Part shown: positions 1-6,121 of the stretch, in pieces | How positions within the stretch are numbered: the first letter of the stretch is position 1 | How the letters are laid out: each line of letters begins with the position of its first letter | Assembly: GCA_003144275.1 (NCBI GenBank) | Contig: NJBF01000096.1 | Coordinates: forward strand, 1-6,121 | DNA from: Candidatus Heimdallarchaeota archaeon B3_Heim | GTDB taxonomy: Archaea; Asgardarchaeota; Heimdallarchaeia; Hodarchaeales; Hodarchaeaceae | Reading direction: 5' to 3' | Length of the DNA: 6,121 bases | Position numbers and translations under genes: made by a program | The notes under the pieces: model-generated | Databases searched by the model: none | What the model saw: only the letters and a program-made list of their open reading frames with translations | What the model was told of the DNA's origin: nothing

Positions 1-2
1 TA

Positions 3-335
3 AAGGAAGCCAATAAACGAGTCATGGCCCTTCTAGAGAATGGAGCTAGAATGAATAAAATCCACCTCGATCTACTTAGTGCTAAATTTGGCTTTGCTCG
101 TGGTTATAATCATGTTTTTAAGGTTCGTGCGTACATTACTTACTCCCCAATCAACGGAGTACAAGTTTGGTATGAGCACAAGGGTATATGTGAAAATTGT
201 GAGGATTTCGTCCACTGTCGGAAGTTATTACTACAGGAATACAAAGAGAGAGACTTGAAAGTACCCAATAATGCATTGCGTCCTACAACACTAGGAGAAA
301 TACTGTTTCAAGAATTGGAGGAGATGCTTGAATGA
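3..335 (+). CDS. 5'-truncated protein with putative Zn-binding H/C motif; probably the C-terminal domain of an archaeal HTH-type regulator family
   Basis: Frame 3 is open from base 3 (KEANKRV precedes the M at 24), so the ATG at 24 is probably internal and the gene starts before the window. It contains YSPINGVQVWYEHKGICENCEDFVHCRKLLLQEYKERDL (H-x3-C-x2-C-x5-C at 177-218). From memory this resembles uncharacterised C-terminal domains of Bathyarchaeia/Asgard HTH proteins; this was not verified by a search, and no HTH is visible in the window. Confidence 0.7.
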   Translation, partial: KEANKRVMALLENGARMNKIHLDLLSAKFGFARGYNHVFKVRAYITYSPINGVQVWYEHKGICENCEDFVHCRKLLLQEYKERDLKVPNNALRPTTLGEILFQELEEMLE

Positions 336-1096
336 CTAGTACTTCATCTAACCCACATTTATTGCCTGTGTGCCCAAAGAAACCTCAAAAGGGGAATAAT
401 GAAACAGATGATGAGCCATCTCTAAATGAACCAATGCATGAATCCCTTATTCTGAATTTTAAAAGGATTTTCATCAGAATAATGGTTTTTTCAAAGCCTG
501 GTTGGAGAAAGATTCTCATTTTTTTCGGACTCATGATTATTGCAGGGGGAGGGGTTATACAGAGCTGGGGTTTTTCTGATCAAGATATGTTTGGGTATCC
601 TCCTCCGCCATTTTATGAATTAATTCGACCATTTCCTTTTTGGCTTGTGTGGATCATTACATTAGGCCCACTTGCTATTCCTTCTAATATTCTTACTATA
701 TTATTTAGTTATAACGCTGATTTTATCTTTGGTGGCCACATCCCTTACTGGATATTTATTATGAATATCACAATATACTATTATTTCTTATCTTGTCTAA
801 TTATCTCTTTTTTAGATTATAAAAGAAAGGTTGATAGTGGAGAAACTCAACCTGGCAGAATTTATTTTTGGATCTTATCTTGGAAAATTTTTTATCAGAA
901 TGAAAAATATTTCAATCGGACAATTGTATTAATTGGGATTTGTGTCACTATTCTAGCTATAATAGGACATCAATTCATCCCAGGGTTAATAATGGTGTCT
1001 TACTTTTCGTCTCTATATTTGTTTGCGTTTTTAATCTGGACCCTCTGGCAACAAGCGACAAAAAATAATTCAGGAAGAGAAATAGAGACCCTCTAA
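332..1096 (+). CDS. Polytopic membrane protein of unknown function (5' segment of a probably frameshifted gene)
   Basis: 254-aa ORF with about 5-6 hydrophobic segments (e.g. KILIFFGLMIIAGGGVI, YWIFIMNITIYYYFLSCLIISFL, TIVLIGICVTILAII, LIMVSYFSSLYLFAFLIWTLW). There is an ATGA overlap with the upstream stop at 332-335. The start is uncertain: in-frame ATGs also occur at 434 and 482. Confidence 0.75.
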   Translation: MTSTSSNPHLLPVCPKKPQKGNNETDDEPSLNEPMHESLILNFKRIFIRIMVFSKPGWRKILIFFGLMIIAGGGVIQSWGFSDQDMFGYPPPPFYELIRPFPFWLVWIITLGPLAIPSNILTILFSYNADFIFGGHIPYWIFIMNITIYYYFLSCLIISFLDYKRKVDSGETQPGRIYFWILSWKIFYQNEKYFNRTIVLIGICVTILAIIGHQFIPGLIMVSYFSSLYLFAFLIWTLWQQATKNNSGREIETL

Positions 1097-1457
1097 CCTC
1101 TTCATTGCCAGTTTATTTGGTGTAATCGGACTCATTCATCACAGAAAAGCACAATGGAGGAACAAGAGTCCGATTAAAACCTCTCTTATTATAACCCTTA
1201 GCGTTATCTTTATCCTTTTCATTCTAGGTTATATCTTTAGCACAATATTTCCAAATATAGATGATTGTATCATTTCGTTTTATTTCAATGCCAACCCCTG
1301 TTCTGTGCTTGATATTGACGGGTTCCGTATGACAGGTTCTTATGTGTATTACGGTATTCCATCTATACTCATATTATTTACATTTTTGATTATAATTATG
1401 AATCCAAGTAACAGAATAAATCAGGGATTAACTAGGACATTAGACCAGACAATTTAA
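1086..1457 (+). pseudogene. Unannotated open frame encoding about 3 TM segments; probable out-of-frame C-terminal continuation of the 332-1096 gene
   Basis: Frame 3 is open from TAG(1083-1085) to TAA(1455-1457). From 1095 it reads NLFIASLFGVIGLIHHRKAQWRNKSPIKTSLIITLSVIFILFILGYIFSTIFPNIDDCIISFYFNANPCSVLDIDGFRMTGSYVYYGIPSILILFTFLIIIMNPSNRINQGLTRTLDQTI. There is no ATG until 1329, and the frame begins where the upstream ORF stops. Confidence 0.65.
1088..1101 (+). repeat. Imperfect 7-bp tandem repeat ACCCTCT/AACCTCT at the frameshift junction
   Basis: 1088-1094 ACCCTCT and 1095-1101 AACCTCT match at 6/7 positions, and the TAA stop (1094-1096) spans the junction. Removing either unit restores a single reading frame. 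Confidence 0.6.
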
Positions 1458-1634
1458 AATTACATTTGGCATTAATTAATTGACATTGTACGTATCAGAG
1501 TATAGGTCAGAACAAAACTCCCCAAACTCTCAACGATTTAGCAATAAAGATATATTTACATATGCAAAGAAATTATTTCATAAATTTTACAATATAACTG
1601 AAGTTGGTCAAACACAGCTCCACACAATTAACCT

Positions 1635-1658
1635 AGAAATATTTAATAGTACTAGTAA
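1635..1658 (+). promoter_or_regulatory. Candidate archaeal BRE/TATA promoter with overlapping imperfect palindrome
   Basis: AGAAA (1635-1639) is followed by TATTTAATA (1640-1648), about 70 nt upstream of the TTG at 1720. TTAATAGT|ACTAGTAA (1643-1658) is a 16-bp inverted repeat with one mismatched pair. The surrounding sequence is AT-rich, so chance matches are likely. Confidence 0.35.
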
Positions 1659-1719
1659 GAACTATGAAACAACGAAAAGTCAAAAGGTAAAAAATCATTG
1701 AGAGAAGGTAGAAAGAAGA

Positions 1720-3363
1720 TTGACTGCTCAACAGAAGTTAGATATCTTTCAGTTTAAATTTAGTCCTAAATCACGTGGATATGTTTATTTCTGTATTGGT
1801 TTGATACTTACAGGTGTAGTTTTAATAGTATCATCAAACTATTCGAAAAGTTACTCTGCTTATGGTGGATATGAGTACAGTTTTGGATGGGATAGTATTC
1901 AAGAGAAATATCAATTTTTCAATTGGGGTACTATTCCTCAAGGTTTAAAAGGGCAGAAAGTCGATGTGCTAAATCGATTCACAGAGGACAGTGAACCTGG
2001 GCTTGGTCTTCACTTATTATTAATGCACGGAAGAGAACATATACTTCAAGATGAATTTGGAGATTGGCGAACAGATATTTCATATAAAAACCTCTTATTA
2101 GAAGCTGTCCATGTACACAATTTATCCTTCAATGATCAGAAAATACAACGAAAGACAATCTCTCTATCAATTCCCAGCGATGATGCTTATATCATCATTT
2201 TCTTGGCAAATTCGTTTTCAATCAGTGAGAATTTAACTGGGACATTGATCGTTGATAATTATTATTTATTTGGGCAAGATGATGGAGCAAAGTTACTTGG
2301 AACAAGTCTATTAATTACGGGAATATTAATAGGAGGAATTACGGTATTTTCTCCAATTTTGAAACCTTTTTTTAGAAAAAAAATATTTAGGTTGCGAAAT
2401 AAAGATTTAAAGAATTCTTCACTTTCTTTTAGTTTTAAAGGAACAAATTCCCTGAATAACGATGAAAGATTCAGAAAATTAGATTCTTACGAGAGAATAA
2501 TTCAAAGACCAAAGCAAAATTATCTCATTCTTCTTAAATATGAATTTCTACAAGTTTTTAGTAGTCCTTTTATTATTGGATTTCTTCCAATAGTAGCAAT
2601 GATCATTCTTGAACGTTTTCGCGAAGTTTACAAAGCTTGGGGACCTAAAGGGGGTTATATTTTTGGAGAATTCGGCACAACAATAGTGACTCATGGGATC
2701 ACTCTTTTCGTTTTTGAACTAAGTGTAGTGCTTGTATTTTCATTCCTTTTTTTATTTCGTGAATTTGATGAAGATTTACATAAAATAAGACTAGCCCTTC
2801 CTTTTTCGCGAAAGGGGTATTTATTTGGGAAATTATGTATCTTAACAATTTCAGCTATGTTTATTTGTGTAGCATTCGTTGGGGGTACATTTATCATTAT
2901 TCCACTTCGAAATCCAACGATAGGTTTCCAACCAATAACCTTAATCTGGGTTCCCTTTTTTGCTTATGGTATTTTATCATTTGTTCTTTTATGTGCAGGT
3001 TTTTTCTTAGCTTTGATCTTAAAAAGTTCCCGTTATACAGTAATGGCATGGCTAGGCTTCATTGTTACTTGGTTTTATCTATCAACTGATCTTCAGAGGG
3101 GTTTTTATCCATATACTACCAATTATCTTGAGCTTTTACATCAACAGGAAACGATAAATTCATTTTTCTCGATTTTTTTTCCTGAACGAGTAATAGAGTT
3201 CTTTTTAATACGACCATTAGCTCCAGATTGGGTCCTAAAGGATAAATTACTATTTCTTTATGACACTTTAATTGACCCATTAATTATCATAATATTACAG
3301 TTATTATTCGCATTATGCAGTATTTTAACCAGTTTTATCATATTTAGGAGAAGGGATTTATGA
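1720..3363 (+). CDS. ABC-2-type exporter permease with N-terminal TM-ectodomain-TM extension
   Basis: TTG start preceded by purine-rich GAGAAGGT. The C-terminal ~280 aa show ABC-2 permease hallmarks: a start like LLKYEFLQVFSSP, the cytoplasmic loop REFDEDLHKIRLALPFSRKGYLFGK, about 6 TM segments and the terminal FRRRDL. It is coupled by an ATGA overlap to an ABC ATPase. Confidence 0.85.
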   Translation: MTAQQKLDIFQFKFSPKSRGYVYFCIGLILTGVVLIVSSNYSKSYSAYGGYEYSFGWDSIQEKYQFFNWGTIPQGLKGQKVDVLNRFTEDSEPGLGLHLLLMHGREHILQDEFGDWRTDISYKNLLLEAVHVHNLSFNDQKIQRKTISLSIPSDDAYIIIFLANSFSISENLTGTLIVDNYYLFGQDDGAKLLGTSLLITGILIGGITVFSPILKPFFRKKIFRLRNKDLKNSSLSFSFKGTNSLNNDERFRKLDSYERIIQRPKQNYLILLKYEFLQVFSSPFIIGFLPIVAMIILERFREVYKAWGPKGGYIFGEFGTTIVTHGITLFVFELSVVLVFSFLFLFREFDEDLHKIRLALPFSRKGYLFGKLCILTISAMFICVAFVGGTFIIIPLRNPTIGFQPITLIWVPFFAYGILSFVLLCAGFFLALILKSSRYTVMAWLGFIVTWFYLSTDLQRGFYPYTTNYLELLHQQETINSFFSIFFPERVIEFFLIRPLAPDWVLKDKLLFLYDTLIDPLIIIILQLLFALCSILTSFIIFRRRDL

Positions 3364-4079
3364 GCGAAATTATCTGTGCTTATAAATTAAGCAAAAAATA
3401 TAGAGATATCAATGCACTAGTAGATGTATCTTTTACCTTGAAGAAAGGTATATGGGGAATAATCGGTCCGAATGGAGCTGGGAAGACCACACTTCTTAAT
3501 CTGATTTGGGGAATCATCCACCCTTCTTCAGGAGATCTATCTGTCCTAGATCATGACCCAAAAAAAGACGATCTTCAATTAAAAGTGGATATTGGTGTTT
3601 GTTTCACCTCCCAAAAGTTTCCTTACGGTTATGTATGTAAAGATTATCTCACTACAGTTTCTAAAGCATATGGCGTTTCTTTTAAGTCAAGCATTCCTCT
3701 AATTCTTTCTTTATTAAAGAAGTTGGAATTAAAATCAATTTTAGAGAGAGAGATAAATAGTCTATCATCTGGAATGAAACAGAAATTAGCAATCATTCAA
3801 TGTTTAATTGGTTATCCTTCTCTTGCCGTGATGGATGAACCTTTCGCTAATCTCGATCCATTAGCAAAAATATCTGTTAGAGAACTAATACTTGAGTTTT
3901 ACCAAAATAGTGGGACTAGTTTCTTAATTTCTAGTCACTCACTAGAAGATTTAAGAAATTTCTGTACAGGATACCTGTTTATTAACCAGGGAAGACTCTT
4001 ATGGAAAGGAACCCATGATGAAATTCCCCAGAATGATTTAGTTGAGTTTTACCTTGAATATGTAAAAAAAACGTTATAA
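3360..4079 (+). CDS. ABC transporter ATP-binding protein (exporter/DrrA-CcmA-like)
   Basis: Walker A GPNGAGKTT, signature LSSGMKQK, Walker B/D-loop AVMDEPFANLD, H-switch ISSH. ATGA overlap with the permease stop at 3360-3363. Confidence 0.95.
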   Translation: MSEIICAYKLSKKYRDINALVDVSFTLKKGIWGIIGPNGAGKTTLLNLIWGIIHPSSGDLSVLDHDPKKDDLQLKVDIGVCFTSQKFPYGYVCKDYLTTVSKAYGVSFKSSIPLILSLLKKLELKSILEREINSLSSGMKQKLAIIQCLIGYPSLAVMDEPFANLDPLAKISVRELILEFYQNSGTSFLISSHSLEDLRNFCTGYLFINQGRLLWKGTHDEIPQNDLVEFYLEYVKKTL

Positions 4080-4113
4080 TGGATCATTATCTTCGCCATT
4101 AATACGCAAACTT

Positions 4114-4129
4114 GAGAAAAGCATTTATG
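4114..4129 (+). promoter_or_regulatory. Candidate archaeal BRE/TATA promoter for the second ABC module
   Basis: GAGAAAAG (4114-4121) followed by TTTATG (4124-4129) in the 135-nt gap between the ATPases. An SD-like AAGGTG lies at 4200-4205, before the ATG at 4215. Confidence 0.35.
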
Positions 4130-4214
4130 TCAGCAAAAAAAGTCGGATTGGAACATTAATAGCTTATTCCTCTGAAGAAGGGCTCAAATTTTGAAAGGAA
4201 AGGTGTAGAAAGGG

Positions 4215-5003
4215 ATGACCACTCAAACAGAAATTTCAGTTATTGTAAAGGGTTTGATAAAAACTTATGGTTCTCTCATCGCTATTGATGGAATCAATTT
4301 GACAGTCCGTAAAAGTGAATGTTTAGGTATTGTGGGACCTAATGGAGCAGGTAAAACGACTTTCTTCCAATGTTTGATGGGATTAGTGAAAATACAGAAT
4401 GGATCTATACATTTATTTGGCAAAAAAACAGTCAAGGAAGGCAAAATCCTATCAATGCTTCGTGATATACGCTCAAAGATAGGATATGTTCCTGATTTCC
4501 TGGAAATATACCCATTTCTAACTTCAGAGGAATACATCCATTTCTTAGGGAAACTCTTTGGATTAACCCAGGAACAGCTTTTGACTCGTACGAACTACCT
4601 AATGAAAACATTTGAACTAGAACCTTATACCGACGTCTTGGTAAAGAAGCTTTCTCGAGGAAACCGTCAAAAACTATTGCTAAGCACAGCATTTATTCAT
4701 CAACCTCAAATGTTACTACTAGACGAACCTTTTACAGGTCTTGATGTTTCAGTTAGACGAAAAGCAAAAAACGTGATAACTGAGTTTGTAACAATAGGGA
4801 TACCTGAATTAGGGATAACCAATCCTGGAACTGTTATTGTTTCCTCACATATTCTTTCTGATATCCAAGATTTATGTACACGAGTTGGGATTATTAACTC
4901 TGGGAGCTTAGTATGGGAAGGGACAATTAATGATGTTAAAAAGGGAATTAAAGGGAATAATGCGTTAGAAACATTAGTTTTGGAGTTGTGGGGTCGTGAG
5001 TGA
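4215..5003 (+). CDS. ABC transporter ATP-binding protein (exporter-type)
   Basis: Walker A GPNGAGKTT, Q-loop region GYVPD, signature LSRGNRQK, Walker B/D-loop LLLDEPFTGLD, H-switch VSSH. SD-like AAGGTG upstream. Confidence 0.95.
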   Translation: MTTQTEISVIVKGLIKTYGSLIAIDGINLTVRKSECLGIVGPNGAGKTTFFQCLMGLVKIQNGSIHLFGKKTVKEGKILSMLRDIRSKIGYVPDFLEIYPFLTSEEYIHFLGKLFGLTQEQLLTRTNYLMKTFELEPYTDVLVKKLSRGNRQKLLLSTAFIHQPQMLLLDEPFTGLDVSVRRKAKNVITEFVTIGIPELGITNPGTVIVSSHILSDIQDLCTRVGIINSGSLVWEGTINDVKKGIKGNNALETLVLELWGRE

Positions 5004-6120
5004 GGCTACTTCTAACTTATGGACCTATACTAAATTATTTCTTCGGTTAGAAGTGAAGAAATGGACTCGGTTCTATGCTTCTAACTCGTACTTACCTGTA
5101 TTTTATTTTATCTGGATCTCCTGTCTTTCACTGACCTTCCTGAATTTGAGTCTCTATAAACCCCTTTGGCAAGCAAATCCTCGTGGAATTGTGATAGGAG
5201 GGTTGATTTTTGTTCTTTTTGGGTTTTTCATTCTAGGTATCTTTAACTCAATCTTCCCTGCTGATGAAACTGGTATCCTTCTTCCTGTTAATCCTTTTCA
5301 TTTCACCCTAGCCGATCTTAGTGCTGTTATCTTATCTTCAGGAAGGCCTCTTTCATGGGCTTTGGTTGGATGGTTTCGCACATTCGTTAGGAGTTTATGG
5401 TATAGCCTTTTATTCTTTAGTATATCTTTTGCTTATTGTCTTGAATTTTCTATCCCCTTTATCCATGTCATATTTGTTGTAGGTATACTTTTTCTCTCCT
5501 TTCAGAGTATTTTGTTATCAGGTTCTTTCATTTATACTTTAACGGAAGAGATTATCGAACAGAGAAAGCCGCGATGGCGTGAATCCAATTTAGGAAATTT
5601 AAATACAATTGGGGTAGTATTAACAGTAATTGTCATATTTGGAGGATTAGGATTCATGCGTCAGTTAAGTAAAGTGGACTCACTTCAATTGGACCGTCTA
5701 GTTCAAGATGTGTGGTTTTTGCCTCCCTTCAACATGATTTATATGATAATGGTACTCTTATCCAAAACATGGCCTCAAAGTGAATTCCTCCCTGCCTTTA
5801 TGATTTTACTTCTCCTCTTTTTCACTATTAATCTTTTCTTCTTTCTGATCATTGGTTCTGTTGATCCCTTAGCTCGTCTTTATGAAAGACAAGAATTAGT
5901 GTTAACTCTGTCCACATTTTCTCTTTCTCTTCCGAACCCCCTTAAACGATTCAATTCAATAACTAATAGCTGGCTATTTCCAAATTATAGAATTCAAGAG
6001 GTTTATAGTATAGCGAGGAAGGATCTTCTTCTTTGCTGGAAATATAGACAAGTTTTGAGTTACATGACTGTTCTCATTCTTTTATATGGATCATTGACAT
6101 TCTCGCTATTAACTGGGAAT
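4996..6120 (+). CDS. 3'-truncated multi-TM ABC exporter permease (likely two-lobed), absent from the ORF track
   Basis: GTG at 4996 overlaps the ATPase end by 8 nt, with GGAG at 4982-4985. The frame is open for 375 codons to the window end: MSEATSNLWTYTKLFLRLEVKKWTRFYASNSYLPVFYFIWISCLSLTFLNL...FLPPFNMIYMIMVLL...YSIARKDLLLCWKYRQVLSYMTVLILLYGSLTFSLLTGN. It has at least 7 hydrophobic segments. The ARKDLLLCWK stretch resembles the amphipathic helix that opens the second half of large ABC-2-like permeases. Confidence 0.85.
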   Translation, partial: MSEATSNLWTYTKLFLRLEVKKWTRFYASNSYLPVFYFIWISCLSLTFLNLSLYKPLWQANPRGIVIGGLIFVLFGFFILGIFNSIFPADETGILLPVNPFHFTLADLSAVILSSGRPLSWALVGWFRTFVRSLWYSLLFFSISFAYCLEFSIPFIHVIFVVGILFLSFQSILLSGSFIYTLTEEIIEQRKPRWRESNLGNLNTIGVVLTVIVIFGGLGFMRQLSKVDSLQLDRLVQDVWFLPPFNMIYMIMVLLSKTWPQSEFLPAFMILLLLFFTINLFFFLIIGSVDPLARLYERQELVLTLSTFSLSLPNPLKRFNSITNSWLFPNYRIQEVYSIARKDLLLCWKYRQVLSYMTVLILLYGSLTFSLLTGN

Positions 6121-6121
6121 A

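Noticed and set aside
1083-1097. prfB-like programmed +1 frameshift (CTC TAA C) or amber readthrough at TAG 1083
   Set aside because: Re-pairing from CTC to TCT is poor compared with the CUU-to-UUU slip in prfB. Frame 3 upstream of the TAG has a TAA at 1032 and no ATG in between, so readthrough would not yield a sensible protein.
1480-1701. 73-aa ORF (TTG start) just upstream of the exporter, considered as a possible secreted peptide substrate
   Set aside because: There is no SD before the TTG, and no signal peptide, double-glycine leader or Cys. The composition (N/K/S/T-rich) is what AT-rich intergenic DNA gives, and it overlaps the candidate promoter. It cannot be strictly excluded without Ribo-seq.
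2691-2897. 68-aa minus-strand ORF
   Set aside because: It lies wholly antisense to the well-supported permease and has no recognisable motifs; shadow ORF.
2835-3089. 84-aa alternative-frame ORF inside the permease
   Set aside because: It is nested out of frame in a confident CDS, and its sequence is a by-product of T-rich TM codons.
4097-4161. CATTAATA repeated at 4097-4104 and 4154-4161, and a short TCAAA-T-TTTGA inverted repeat near 4184-4194
   Set aside because: These are short AT-rich words expected by chance, with no consistent spacing or counterpart strong enough to call an operator or terminator.
4265-4537. 90-aa minus-strand ORF
   Set aside because: Antisense shadow of the ATPase Walker A region.
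4432-4692. 86-aa minus-strand ORF
   Set aside because: Antisense shadow of the ATPase with no independent support.
5000-5050. GTGA-overlap start at 5000 for the last gene
   Set aside because: That frame stops at TAG 5048-5050 after 16 codons; the long open frame starts at GTG 4996.
1-6121. CRISPR arrays, tRNA/rRNA, transposases, terminal inverted repeats
   Set aside because: No regularly spaced repeats, cloverleaf, GC-rich structured RNA or transposase motifs were seen; nearly all of the sequence is accounted for by + strand coding frames.

Overview
AT-rich window in which every credible gene lies on the + strand; it looks archaeal (inference: Asgard- or Bathyarchaeia-like, from the first protein's family resemblance and TATA/BRE-like elements). 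Left to right: (1) the 3' part of a gene entering from outside the window, with an H-x3-C-x2-C-x5-C putative metal site and resembling the C-terminal domain of archaeal HTH regulators; (2) a polytopic membrane protein gene that stops at 1096 but appears to continue in the +1 frame to 1457, with the break sitting on an imperfect 7-bp tandem repeat; (3) an ABC-2-type exporter permease carrying an extra N-terminal TM-ectodomain-TM module, coupled to an ABC ATPase; (4) a second ABC ATPase coupled to a second, larger permease that runs off the window end and is missing from the ORF track. No RNA genes, CRISPR arrays or mobile elements were seen. Overall this is a tandem ABC-exporter locus of unknown substrate. 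The best leads are the hidden frameshifted gene extension and the ectodomain-permease fusion. I cannot support a claim of a wholly new system from this sequence alone.
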